Assembly (NCBI GenBank): GCA_963804645.1
Contig: CAWDRG010000001.1
Coordinates: forward strand, 32,001-96,000
Source of the DNA: an uncultured Bacillota bacterium
GTDB lineage: Bacteria; Sysuimicrobiota; Sysuimicrobiia; Sysuimicrobiales; Segetimicrobiaceae
DNA: 64,000 nucleotides
Direction: 5' to 3'
Below are positions 9,492-19,295 of this stretch, in pieces (position 1 is the stretch's first letter; the number at the start of each line of letters is the position of its first letter). Both the position numbers and the translations under genes were made by a program. The notes under the pieces are model-generated. The model was not told the origin of the DNA. It did no database searches and saw only the letters and a list, made by a program, of their open reading frames with translations.

Positions 9492-10133
9492 ATGGCGAGC
9501 CCAGAGATTCGGGATCCGGTCGCGGACCCCTTGCTGACGCCGAAGAACGCGGCGCTGATCATCATCGACTACCAGCCAGTTCAGGTGAGTTCGATCCGCT
9601 CGATGGATCAGCACCTGCTTGTCGACAACATCGTCCGCGTGGCAAAGACCGCAACGCTGTACGGCCTGCCGATCGTGGTCTCGACCGTCAACGTCAGCAG
9701 CGGTCGGAACAAACCGACGATCGCGGAGCTGCAGAACGTGCTGGGCCCCGCCCAGCCGCTGGACCGCACCACCATCAATGCCTGGGAGGATCGGGAATTC
9801 GTCGCGGCGGTCAAGGCTGCGGGCCGCAAGAAGCTCGTCATGACGGCGCTGTGGACGGAAGCGTGTCTCACGTTCCCGTCTCTTGATGCGATGCGCGAAG
9901 GGTATGAGGTCTACCCGGTCGTCGATGCCGTCGGCGGGACGTCGGTCGAAGCACACCGGGCGGCGCTGGAACGCATCGTCCAGGCCGGCGCCAAGCCGAC
10001 GAGCTGGGTGCAGCTCATCTGCGAACTGCAGCGCGATTGGAACCGAACCGAGACGGCGAAGTCGTTCGCGGAGATTCTGTTCGACCCTCGCGCCCCGTTC
10101 ATGGCGGGACGCGGTGCGGAACACACGCAGTAG
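9492..10133 (+). CDS. Isochorismatase-family hydrolase (YcaC-like)
   Basis: IIDYQP, DRTTINAWED, LWTEAC catalytic Cys; GAGGT SD. Confidence 0.92.
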   Translation: MASPEIRDPVADPLLTPKNAALIIIDYQPVQVSSIRSMDQHLLVDNIVRVAKTATLYGLPIVVSTVNVSSGRNKPTIAELQNVLGPAQPLDRTTINAWEDREFVAAVKAAGRKKLVMTALWTEACLTFPSLDAMREGYEVYPVVDAVGGTSVEAHRAALERIVQAGAKPTSWVQLICELQRDWNRTETAKSFAEILFDPRAPFMAGRGAEHTQ

Positions 10134-10518
10134 CACTGCCCTCGCCGGGGTGCGGCGCGGAGCCAACACGGCTGCGGATCATGAACGCCTCGGTCTACGA
10201 GACAGAGTACGCGCGGGCCGAGGCGCATCAGGCACCGGCGGTTCCCCAAGGATGATGGAGCTCGAAGCCCACACTCTTGGAGGTGTCGAGTTCCCCGTTA
10301 GAGGGTACGGTGTTTCGATCCTGCAGGACCCACGGGCTCATGCCACGATGGGGAACCCGGCGGGGGAGGGCCGCGAAGGACATCGATGCGCGCGTGACCG
10401 CCGATTCGGACGCGCACGAGCATGCGTGCGCGGGCACGCGGAGGCACAGCGGGCCACCGTTGGAAGGGAGATACCGTCTCGGGAGATCACGCCTCGCACC
10501 ATCGTGCAGCGCGGTGCT

Positions 10519-10592
10519 TGGCTGGGGGAGGAGGATTCGAACCCCCGCTAACGGGTCCAGAGCCCGTCGTCCTACCGCTAGACGATCCCCCA
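10519..10592 (-). tRNA. tRNA-Gln (anticodon CTG)
   Basis: TGGGGGATCGTCTAGCGGTAGGAC-ACGGG-CTCTGGA-CCCGT...GGTTCGAATCC...GCCA. Confidence 0.97.
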
Positions 10593-10614
10593 GCGCGAAC
10601 GCAAGAACATCATC

Positions 10615-10644
10615 ATTATACTGACCCCCGGAGAAACGTGTCAA
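10615..10644 (-). promoter_or_regulatory. Consensus sigma70 promoter for tRNA-Gln
   Basis: TTGACA-N18-TATAAT. Confidence 0.85.
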
Positions 10645-10699
10645 ACCAACCGGGCGCGCCCGGCGCGCCCCGACTGGGGGACCGGCGCGAAGACTTCTT

Positions 10700-12253
10700 T
10701 CACGCGCGGGTGTCTGGACGGTCGGGCCGAACGAGCGCGGAAGTCTCCGCGCCGTCGGCGTCGGGCGGGGGAAACGCATCGTGCCGTTCCAAGAGGCCGA
10801 TGGCGCGGTCAAGCCGAGCCAGCGTGCGGTCGCGGCCGAGCACCTCGATCAACTCAAACAATCCGGGCCCGACGGTCTTCCCCGTGAGCGCCACCCGCAA
10901 CGGGTGGATCACCGCGCCGCTCTTGATGCCCAACGCCTCCGCCGCGCCCCGCACCGCCGCCTCGATCGCGCCGAGGTCGAACGTTGGCGCGTCGGCAAGC
11001 GTCCGGCGCACCGTCCGAAGCGTCTCCCCGGCACCGGGAGCTTCGAGATACCGCTGCACCGCGGCCGGATCGTACCCGATCTCATCCCGGAAAAAGAAAT
11101 CCCCATACGCGAGCACGTCCCCCGGCACACGAAAGCGCTCGCCCATGATCGCGACCACCCGCCCCACATACGCCCGCTGCTCCCCGGTCACCGGCGCGTG
11201 CAGCACGTGCACGCGGCAGAGGTAGTCGACGACCAGGGACACGACCCGGTCGGGGTTCTGCCGGTACGTCTGCTGCATGTACACCCCGTTCATCCACATC
11301 AGCTTCTGCGTATCGAATACCGCCCCGCTCTTTCCCATCTGCTCGATGCGAAAGCGCTCGATCAGCTCGGGCACCGTGAACAGCTCGCGGCCGTCCTCAG
11401 GGTACCAGCCCATGAGAGCGAAAAAGTTGACGAGGGCCTCCGGCAGTATCCCCTGGGCGGCGTACTCACGCACCGCGGTATCGCCGTGCCGCTTGCTGAG
11501 CTTCTTCCGATCCGCGCCCAGCAGCACCGGGAGATGCGCCACGCGCGGCTGCGTCCAGCCGAACGCCTCGTACATGAGAAACTGGCGCGGCGTGTTGGAC
11601 AGATGCTCCGAGCCGCGCATCACGTGCGTCATCTCCATCGCGTGGTCGTCGACCACGTTGGCGAAGTTGTACAGCGGCGTACCGTCGGACCGCTCGATGA
11701 CGAAATCGTCCAGGTCGGCCGCCTGGAACTCGACGCGACCGAGCACCATGTCGTCGACGACGATCGGCGGGTGCGCCTGGGGCACCCGGAACCGCAGGCT
11801 CGACCGGCGCCCCTCGGCCTCAAACCGCGCGCGGGTCTCGGGGTCGAGATCGCGGCAGCGGCCGGAGTAGCGGTACGGCCGGCGCTCGGCCACCGCGCGC
11901 GCGCGCTCCGCCTCGAGTTCCTCGGGCGTGCAGTAGCACGTATACGCCGCCCCCGACGCGAGCAGGGCCGCCGCGCCCCGACGGTAGCCCTCGCTCCGCT
12001 CGGTCTGCCGGTACGGCCCGTAGGGACCGCCCACGTCCGGCCCCTCGTCCCAATCCAGCCCGAGCCAGCGGAGGTCCGCGAGAATGGCGGCTTCGTACTC
12101 TTCGGTCGAGCGCGTCCGGTCGGTGTCCTCGACGCGCAGCACGAACTGGCCCCGCTCGTGACGGGTGAACAGCCAGTTGAAGAACGCCATCCATGCCCCG
12201 CCGACGTGCAAATACCCCGTCGGGCTCGGCGCGTAGCGCATCCGCACGGTCAC
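10700..12253 (-). CDS. gltX: Glutamate--tRNA ligase
   Basis: RYAPSPTGYLHVGG (HIGH), RVEDTD, KKLSKR (KMSKS); GTG start at 12253. Confidence 0.97.
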   Translation of the reverse strand: MTVRMRYAPSPTGYLHVGGAWMAFFNWLFTRHERGQFVLRVEDTDRTRSTEEYEAAILADLRWLGLDWDEGPDVGGPYGPYRQTERSEGYRRGAAALLASGAAYTCYCTPEELEAERARAVAERRPYRYSGRCRDLDPETRARFEAEGRRSSLRFRVPQAHPPIVVDDMVLGRVEFQAADLDDFVIERSDGTPLYNFANVVDDHAMEMTHVMRGSEHLSNTPRQFLMYEAFGWTQPRVAHLPVLLGADRKKLSKRHGDTAVREYAAQGILPEALVNFFALMGWYPEDGRELFTVPELIERFRIEQMGKSGAVFDTQKLMWMNGVYMQQTYRQNPDRVVSLVVDYLCRVHVLHAPVTGEQRAYVGRVVAIMGERFRVPGDVLAYGDFFFRDEIGYDPAAVQRYLEAPGAGETLRTVRRTLADAPTFDLGAIEAAVRGAAEALGIKSGAVIHPLRVALTGKTVGPGLFELIEVLGRDRTLARLDRAIGLLERHDAFPPPDADGAETSALVRPDRPDTRA

Positions 12254-12304
12254 GCGGCCAGCGTAACACAGCGCGGCGCGGGCGCGCAAACGGCGGCGCG
12301 CGAA

Positions 12305-13249
12305 CTAGAGAAGCGACAACCCGGCCGTGAACGTCGGGAAGGCGAGTTCGGGCAGCAGTTCCCGCGTCATGCGCGTGGTGTCGGACACGTAGGATGCCAT
12401 GCCGATCCGGATGAAGTCCCGCGTCAGCGGCGAGGCGGTGCCGAACACCGACGCATACGCCTCGCAGCACGACCCCGCCCAGTAGAACGACCACGCGGGC
12501 GCGCGCCACGGCTTCGGGTATCCCCAGTGCGCCGCGAGCGTGTCGAGGAACGCCTGCAGCGTCATCGGTTCGCGGTCGCCGAGGTTGTAGATCCCAGCGA
12601 CGCGTTCGCCTTCGATCGCGGCCTGGACGCACCGCAGAAAATCCGGGAGGGCGATCAGGTGGATCCAGGTGGGTCGCCGCCAGACCGCGAGCAGCCGGCG
12701 CCGCATCAACCACCGCGCCGCCTCGATCATCAGCACGCCTCGACCGTAGATCATGCCGGCGCGCAGGATCACCATTGCCGTCGGCCGCCCGGAGGCTGCG
12801 GAGGTCATGAGCTGCTCCGCAGCCAGGCGCGTCCGCGCGTGGACGGAGGTGGGATCTCCGCTCGGCCGCCCGGTTGCGGGCGCGGACGGCGACGTTTCAC
12901 CCTCCACGTGGGGAAAGCTGATCAGGATCATCTTGCGTACGCCCGCGGCCAGGGCGGCCGCGGTCAGGTGTCGGACGTATGCGACGTTCGTCGCGGGAAG
13001 AAACCGCTCGGGCCGGGGAGCGAACAGCCGACCCGCGAAGTGCACGATGCAGTCCACACCGGCGCACGCGGCTGGGAGCGTGGCGGGGTCGGCGAGGTCG
13101 GCCCAGACTATCTCCGCCCGACGCGATGCCGCAACCTCGGGCGGCGGCGTCCGGTGCACGAGGAGCCGCAGGTCGTGCGGGCCGTCCGAGAGGAAGTGTG
13201 CCAGGGCCGACCCGAGGTTGCCCGCCGCGCCGGTGATCAGCACCCGCAT
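12305..13249 (-). CDS. NAD-dependent epimerase/dehydratase (atypical SDR)
   Basis: ITGAAGNLG Rossmann motif, DCIVHFAG. Confidence 0.85.
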   Translation of the reverse strand: MRVLITGAAGNLGSALAHFLSDGPHDLRLLVHRTPPPEVAASRRAEIVWADLADPATLPAACAGVDCIVHFAGRLFAPRPERFLPATNVAYVRHLTAAALAAGVRKMILISFPHVEGETSPSAPATGRPSGDPTSVHARTRLAAEQLMTSAASGRPTAMVILRAGMIYGRGVLMIEAARWLMRRRLLAVWRRPTWIHLIALPDFLRCVQAAIEGERVAGIYNLGDREPMTLQAFLDTLAAHWGYPKPWRAPAWSFYWAGSCCEAYASVFGTASPLTRDFIRIGMASYVSDTTRMTRELLPELAFPTFTAGLSLL

Positions 13250-13279
13250 CAGTGCACGAGCCCGCGCAGGCGGGAGCTG

Positions 13280-14215
13280 TCAGCCGAACAGTGTGCTGAC
13301 CGACTCGTTGAGGTGCACGTTGCGCATCGCGCGCGCAAACAGCGGCCCGGACGACAGCACCGTGACCTGATCGCGGCACTTCTCCGGGGGAATCGGGATG
13401 CTGTTCGTCAGCAGGATCTCGCGGACGTCGTCCCGGCACAAAGCGTCGACCGTCCCCTCCACGAGCACGCCGTGGGTCGCGCACACGAACGCCTCCGGGC
13501 GCGCCCCCTGCTCCCGGATGGCATCGAGCGCCGAACACATCCGGTCCGGTGTGTCCACGATGCGATCGATCAGCACCGGTACCCGGCCGGCGACCTCGCC
13601 GACGACCTGCGTCAGCATGCCGCCGCCGTACGGCTGTGCCCGCTTGAATACGACCGCGAGCGGCAGATGCAGACGCTCCGCGAGCTGGTACGCCGGCTTG
13701 ACCGCGCCGTCGTCGGGCGCCACGATCACGGCGTCGCTGAGATCCTTGCCCGAAAGGTACTCCGCGAACAGCGAGAGGGCCCGCAGATGGTCCACCGGGA
13801 TCTGGAAGAATCCCTCGATCTGGTCGGCGTCGAGGTCCAGCGCCAGCACCCGGTGCACGCCCGCGGCCTGCAGCAGGTCGGCCACGAGCCGCCCGGTGAT
13901 CGGCGCGCGCGGCGAGTGCTTCTTGTCCTGACGCGCATATCCGTAGTACGGCATCACGGCGGTGATGCGTCCCGCGGACGCCCGGGTGAGCGCGTCCACC
14001 ATCACCAGGAGCTCCATCAGGTTTTCGTTGACCGGAGGGCACGTCGGCTGGATGATGAACGCGTCGACCCCGCGCACGCTCTCCTCGAAGCGGGCGTAGA
14101 TCTCGCCGTCCTCGAAGCGCCGGATCGTCACCCGTCCCAAAGGAAACCCCAGCTCCGCGGCCACTTCCTCGCCGAGCGCCCGGTTCGCGGTGCCGCAGAA
14201 GACCTTCATCTCCAT
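13280..14215 (-). CDS. prs: Ribose-phosphate pyrophosphokinase homologue with divergent catalytic motifs
   Basis: FEDGE, VRGVDAFIIQ, PYYGYARQDK and ATHG are conserved; DLH, KRR and DDxxDTxGT are altered. Confidence 0.85.
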   Translation of the reverse strand: MEMKVFCGTANRALGEEVAAELGFPLGRVTIRRFEDGEIYARFEESVRGVDAFIIQPTCPPVNENLMELLVMVDALTRASAGRITAVMPYYGYARQDKKHSPRAPITGRLVADLLQAAGVHRVLALDLDADQIEGFFQIPVDHLRALSLFAEYLSGKDLSDAVIVAPDDGAVKPAYQLAERLHLPLAVVFKRAQPYGGGMLTQVVGEVAGRVPVLIDRIVDTPDRMCSALDAIREQGARPEAFVCATHGVLVEGTVDALCRDDVREILLTNSIPIPPEKCRDQVTVLSSGPLFARAMRNVHLNESVSTLFG

Positions 14216-14267
14216 CTCGGCCACGAACTGGTCGAGGTGCCGGCTGTCTCCGTGGCGCGGACTCAGC

Positions 14268-14531
14268 CTAGCGGGCCTGGACCAGGAAGCGGATGGCAGT
14301 CCGCTCTTCTCCGTCAATCTCCACCTTCGTGAATGCTGGAATGGCAATCAGGTCGATGCCGTTCGGCGCGACGAATCCACGACAGATCGCGATCGCCTTC
14401 ACGGCCTGGTTCACCGCGCCGGCACCGATCGCCTGGAGCTCCGCGCTCCCATGGTCCCTGAGGACGGCAGCGAGCGCACCCGCGACGGCCTTGGGCTTCG
14501 AGTCGGAGGAAACTTTCAGGACCTCCGCCAT
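14268..14531 (-). CDS. spoVS: Stage V sporulation protein S family protein
   Basis: VLKVSSDSKPKAVAGALA...IGAGAVNQAVKAIAI.RGFVAP.GIDL...PAF...ERTAIRF; AAGGAG SD. Confidence 0.95.
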   Translation of the reverse strand: MAEVLKVSSDSKPKAVAGALAAVLRDHGSAELQAIGAGAVNQAVKAIAICRGFVAPNGIDLIAIPAFTKVEIDGEERTAIRFLVQAR

Positions 14532-14579
14532 GCGAATGTGGCTCCTTCGTCCGCTGCCCGGGCGACCGCTCGGGCGCCT

Positions 14580-14607
14580 ATTCCATGGGTTCCAGAGGAA
14601 CTCCTGC
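14580..14607 (-). promoter_or_regulatory. Sigma-H-like promoter upstream of spoVS
   Basis: GCAGGA-N18-GAAT. Confidence 0.7.
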
Positions 14608-14619
14608 CCCTGGAGACCC

Positions 14620-15372
14620 TTACCGAGACGGACGCAGCCGCGCGATCGTCCGCAAGCGCTCGCCGTAGACGATCGCCATGAAATGAGGGATCGCGAGCTG
14701 CCGCCCAAACCGCCTGGGCTCCCGCGTGAGCCGGTAGCACCATTCGAGGCCCAACGTCTGCCACAGGCGGGGCGCGCGCCGGGCGCGGCCGGTCCAGACG
14801 TCCATCGCCCCGCCGATCCCCATCGCCACCGGGACGCCCAGGGCCGCCAGGTTCCGGGCGAGCCACCGCTCCTGCCGGGGCGCGCCGAGCCCAACGAGGA
14901 GGAGCGTGGGGGCCGCGTCGCGCACGGCGCGGACCACCTCGGCGTCGGAACCCCGGGCGAAATAGCCGTGGGAGACCCCGGCGATCACCAGGCCGGCATG
15001 GCGCTCGCGCAGGCGCTCCGCGGCGCCCGCCGCGACGCCCGGCCGTCCCCCGAGCAGGTACAGGCGCCAGCCGCGGCGGACCGCCTCCGCGCACAGCCGC
15101 TCCGCGAGGTCGATGCCGGGGACGCGGCCGGGCAGCGGCCGCCCGAGCGTCCGCGACCCCCAGACGACGCCCACCCCGTCCGCGACCACGAGCGACGCGT
15201 TCTGTAGAATCTCCCGCACCTCGGGCGTCCCTCGCGCCAGCATCACCATCTCGACGTTCGCGGTGACGATCAGGTGGGGATCGCGTCCCACGGCGAACGC
15301 CGCGATCCGCTCGACGGCCCCGTCGAGCCCGACCGGGTCGAACTCCACGCCGAGGATGTCGATCCGGCTCAC
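14620..15372 (-). CDS. tagA: WecB/TagA/CpsF family glycosyltransferase
   Basis: VTANVE, ADGVG, RVPGIDL, GLGAPRQE, RAP...LEW.YRL..EP.R. Confidence 0.92.
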   Translation of the reverse strand: MSRIDILGVEFDPVGLDGAVERIAAFAVGRDPHLIVTANVEMVMLARGTPEVREILQNASLVVADGVGVVWGSRTLGRPLPGRVPGIDLAERLCAEAVRRGWRLYLLGGRPGVAAGAAERLRERHAGLVIAGVSHGYFARGSDAEVVRAVRDAAPTLLLVGLGAPRQERWLARNLAALGVPVAMGIGGAMDVWTGRARRAPRLWQTLGLEWCYRLTREPRRFGRQLAIPHFMAIVYGERLRTIARLRPSR

Positions 15373-16442
15373 GGCAGCAGCTCCACCGCGAGCGACGCGG
15401 CGAGCGCCGCGCGCGCGCGGAGCGGCGACACCGCCGCGAGGAGGCGCGCCCGCGCCGCGCCTCCGGCCGCCGCCGTCTCGATCGCGGCCAGCAGCGCCGG
15501 GGCCTGCACGGACTCGATCTCCCCGGGCGCCGGTTCGCCGAGTTCACTCGCGAGCGCGCGGACCTTCGGATCGTACGCCAGCGGCACGATCGGCACGCCC
15601 TGCGCGGCCGCGAACACCAGCGCGTGGAGCCGCATGCCCACCATCACATCGACGGAGCCGATCAGCGCAAGGATCTCCCGGGGCCCAAACCCGGGCCGCA
15701 CGACGACGGCGCCGCCCCCGATCTCCGCGGCGACCGCCTCCGCGACGGCGAGATCCCCAGGCGGGTGCATCGGAAAGAGCGCCCACCGCACGCCGAGGCG
15801 GGCCGACGCGTCGCGCGCGGCCGCGGCCGCGGCCCGCACCGCGGTGCCCGATCCCCAGGGGCGCAGCGCCAGGCCGCACCATCGCCCCTCGCCCCACCGC
15901 GCCCGCTCCGCCGTGGCCGCCGGAGTCCACTCCGGCGTGAGGAGCCACGACGGGTCGGCGGCGACGACGATCCGCGGACGCCGGACGCCGAGGTCGGCGA
16001 GGACCGCCCGCGACTTGTGGTCCCGCACCGTGATGAGGTCCACCCGGTCGAGGACGCGCGCGATGCCGGCCCGCACGATGCGCCGCTTCGGCGTCTCGAT
16101 GCCCTGCGCGTGGACGGCCGTCCGGCGGGCGAAGCGCCGCCCGGCGCTCAAGACGGCGAGATAATACCAGGGACTGCGCCAGCTCGTGGCATCTTGAAAC
16201 AGGCTCCCGCCGCCGCACAGCAGCAGGTCCGCGCCGCGCAGCGCGGCGGCGACCGCGCCGGGCGCGGCGCGAGGTACGCTCTCGACGCCGTGGACGCGGC
16301 GCGTGTCCTCGGGCGACGCGGACAAGACGGTGATCCCGGCGTCGGGCCGCAGACGGCGCAGTTCCTGCACCGTCGCCGCCAGCACCGCTTCGTCTCCGAG
16401 GTTGTGAAACCCGTAGTAGCCGGACAGGACGATCCGGCTCAT
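15369..16442 (-). CDS. csaB: Polysaccharide pyruvyl transferase CsaB
   Basis: SGYYGFHNLGDEA, GGGSLFQDATS, VRD, MRLHA, YDPKV; ATGA overlap with the upstream gene. Confidence 0.93.
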   Translation of the reverse strand: MSRIVLSGYYGFHNLGDEAVLAATVQELRRLRPDAGITVLSASPEDTRRVHGVESVPRAAPGAVAAALRGADLLLCGGGSLFQDATSWRSPWYYLAVLSAGRRFARRTAVHAQGIETPKRRIVRAGIARVLDRVDLITVRDHKSRAVLADLGVRRPRIVVAADPSWLLTPEWTPAATAERARWGEGRWCGLALRPWGSGTAVRAAAAAARDASARLGVRWALFPMHPPGDLAVAEAVAAEIGGGAVVVRPGFGPREILALIGSVDVMVGMRLHALVFAAAQGVPIVPLAYDPKVRALASELGEPAPGEIESVQAPALLAAIETAAAGGAARARLLAAVSPLRARAALAASLAVELLP

Positions 16443-18528
16443 GCCATCGGGGACGCCCCGGGGGAGCCCCGCACCGGGCGCGACGCGCGTCCGGGGGGCC
16501 GCCACCACCAACGGCTCCACCACAGCAACCCGACCAGCACCGCACCCACCATCGACCCGATCACGAGGGCGTACACCGTGCGCGCGACCGAGTAAAACAG
16601 CGGCGTGTGAATGTGCGAGAACGAGTTGACGAGGCCGGCCTGGCCGATCGCCCCGATCATCGCGGCGGGCAGCACCCACTTGCGCAGGCCGAGGGCCGAC
16701 AGCGCGAAGGCGAGCACCATGAACGGATCGCCGACGAGGAACTCCTTCGTCCGGGGCCGCGCCACGAAGACGCGCTCCAGCACGACGCGGCTCTTCAACT
16801 CGAGCCCGCCGAGCAGCGGCAGCCCGGAGTTGCCGGTCCGGCCGAGCGCGAACGCGGCGGCGGTCCCGATCACGATGATCGCGATCCCGTACTCGAGGAG
16901 GAGCGGCTGCCGTGCCCACTCGCGCAGCCGCCGCCAGAGCTCGCCCGGCGGGGCCGAGGCGGCGGCGAGCAGCAGCCCGATCACGACCACCGGAATGACC
17001 AGCGCGAGCTTCACGCCGAGAAACTCGCGCACCTCCATCATGAACTCCCAGTCGCTGAGCAGCGCCGCCATGACGAACGCCCCAAGGGCGGTCACGGCCG
17101 ACACGGCCCACAGCCCGACGATTCCGCGCAGCGCGGCCTGGAGCCCGGTCGTCGCCTCGACGTCCGGCGCGGGCACGGCGGCATCGCGCCGCCGCGCGCC
17201 GGGGATCAGGTACATCATCGCGAGCGTCGGGAACGCGAGGGCGGCGAGGAGCGCGAGCGCCTGGCGCCACAGCGTCACGTGGTGCACCGCGAGCACGCCC
17301 AGCGTGGCGAGGAGTCCGAGCGCGACCCCGAGGTGGAGCGAGCGGACGGACACGGGATGCGACAGCGCGTCGGACACATCCCCGACGGCGATCGCGGCGG
17401 CCGCGAGCGTCCCGAGAGCCGCGAGCCCGAACAGCGGGGCCGGCGTGCTCAGCACCGGCATCGGCACCGCCTTGTCCAGCTTGTAGCCGGCGCGCGTCAG
17501 CTCGTCGCTGATCGACGCCACGTAGTCCAGATTGGTCTGCATCTCGCCGACGCCCGCCGTGGTGGTGAGAAACGGCCGGACGTACAGGATGCGGTCGTTG
17601 CGTTCGCGCGCCGCGAGGACAAATTTGTCGCGGGCGTCGTCGGGCGTCGATCCCGCGAGCTCCTCCGGCGCCATGCTGAACACGCGGATGACGTCGGGCG
17701 TCACCGCGGTGGTGAGCGCGTCCTCCCCCTTCTGCTTGCGCTTCGCCGTGAACACCTCGATGCGGCCGAACGTGAACCCGGAGGCCTTCATCTGCGCCGC
17801 CACGTCCGGGATCAAGGTGTCGTAGCCGAGCACCTGATCCCGGTCGAAGATCAGCGTGAAGGGGGCGCCGGCCTCGCGCAGCTGCGCGAAGAACGCATCC
17901 AGCCCGCCCGGCGCGACGTCGTGGAAGTTGATGACCCGCAGCTCCGCGGTCAGGTGGTCCGCGCGCAGCTGGGCGACGCGGTCGGGCATGACCCCAAGCG
18001 ACGCGTCTTCGAGCTCGCGTCCGCGGGCCGCGATCTCGAGGACGGGTCCGCTGCCGGTGCGCATCGTCGACGCGGCCGCGCCGAGCTGCTCGGCGAACCC
18101 GCGCTGGACCAGGCTCAACACCGGTGCCGGACCGAGCACGTACGTACTATCGGTGTGAATGCGCCCGTCTCGGGCCATGTCCGCGAGCGCCCCCCGAGCG
18201 CCCCGGTGCGCTCCGCGTTCACGACGTCGGCGCCCGTCATGAACGCAACTTCGCCGTTCTCGGACAGCTTGGTGAGCGAATCGGCGTAGAGCGTGACGCT
18301 GCGGACGCCGCGCTCGTAGAGCGCGCGGTACAGGGTGTCGCGGTCGACGCCGTCCCGGCGGGCGAGCGTCGTCCAGTCGTCGCCGTCCGCGGTGATCTCC
18401 ACTGTGTGGTACGCGCGCTCAAGGGTGAACCGCTGCACCAGGATCACGCAGGACGCCACGACACCGAGCGCCGCACACGCCGCCAGCACCGGGTACTTTC
18501 GGAAGAGCGTCCGCACCATCGAGATCAT
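16439..18528 (-). pseudogene. DUF5693-like large membrane protein split by a frameshift at the G6 run 18190-18195; real lesion or assembly error
   Basis: N-terminal ORF ...TGALGG continues in the shifted frame as LADMARDG...; motifs AARERNDR, FLGVK, RTGN, RPRTKEF..G.P, VNSFSHIHTP. Confidence 0.8.
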
Positions 18529-18546
18529 CTCGCCACCCGCCCGCCC

Positions 18547-19293
18547 CTACTGCGAGCCCGCCGCCGCATCCAGAATCACCTCTCCATTGGTCACCCGTAC
18601 GGCCCGCAGCTGGAGCCCGAACGGCAGCGCGCCGATGTCCAGCACGGGGTTGACCGCCGCGCTCACCCGCGCCGCCACCGGGTCGGGGAGCGGGACCCCG
18701 GCGACCGCGATGCGGTCAAACACAAGATCCACCGCCGTCCCGCCGCGGAGCGCCAAGCGTCCGTCGCCCGCCACCGGGAGCGACGCCCCGAACAGGGACA
18801 CGGTCGCCGCGAGCCGCACCCGCCCGTCCGCGAGCACCACCCCGACGTTCCGGATCGAGGGGACTGTCGCAAGCGCCTGCGCGAGCGCATCCTGCCGGAC
18901 GGTGACCTCGGCGGCCGCCGACCCGAGCGAGCGAATCACTACGCGGCGCTGGACGTACAGCGCGGCCGGGTCGAACCGCAGCCCCCGGAACGTCGCGTCG
19001 AACGTCTCCGTACGCACCGTTCCCACGCGCAGCCCGAGGGCGTGCACGCGCAGGACGTCCACCCGTCCCCACCACAGCGCCGGCGGCGGCCACGTGACGA
19101 CGCTGACCTCCACCGGACCCCCGGCCACGTCTCCCGCGATCGCGGTGTTGAGCGCGGACGCCGCGGCCCACGGCCCGGTCACGCTCGCGAGCACCGCGAC
19201 GAGCAGCAGGCCGACCGCGCCCCACCAGACGGCGACGATCGGGCTGCGCCGAGCGCGCGCCCGCGAGGACGCCTCGGAGGCGCCGGCGGACAC
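18547..19293 (-). CDS. DUF2993/LmeA-like phospholipid-binding family protein
   Basis: One N-terminal TM segment followed by a beta-rich elongated domain (GRVDVLRV, LPFGLQL..V....G.V.L); starts 2 nt after the prfB stop. Confidence 0.65.
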   Translation of the reverse strand: MSAGASEASSRARARRSPIVAVWWGAVGLLLVAVLASVTGPWAAASALNTAIAGDVAGGPVEVSVVTWPPPALWWGRVDVLRVHALGLRVGTVRTETFDATFRGLRFDPAALYVQRRVVIRSLGSAAAEVTVRQDALAQALATVPSIRNVGVVLADGRVRLAATVSLFGASLPVAGDGRLALRGGTAVDLVFDRIAVAGVPLPDPVAARVSAAVNPVLDIGALPFGLQLRAVRVTNGEVILDAAAGSQ

Positions 19294-19295
19294 GG

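Noticed and set aside
10181..10255. Small ORF MNASVYETEYARAEAHQAPAVPQG
   Set aside because: No clear SD and very short; may be a gene remnant but cannot be supported
4768..10525. Shared TTGGCTGG at the 3' ends of both tRNAs as an att-site duplication
   Set aside because: Only 8 nt, partly explained by the CCA ends, and there is no integrase
10781..14332. 1183-aa plus-strand ORF and similar very long ORFs (21466-23799, 23477-25630, 57820-60759, 47884-49716)
   Set aside because: Antisense shadows of real genes; high GC suppresses stop codons and the translations lack recognisable motifs
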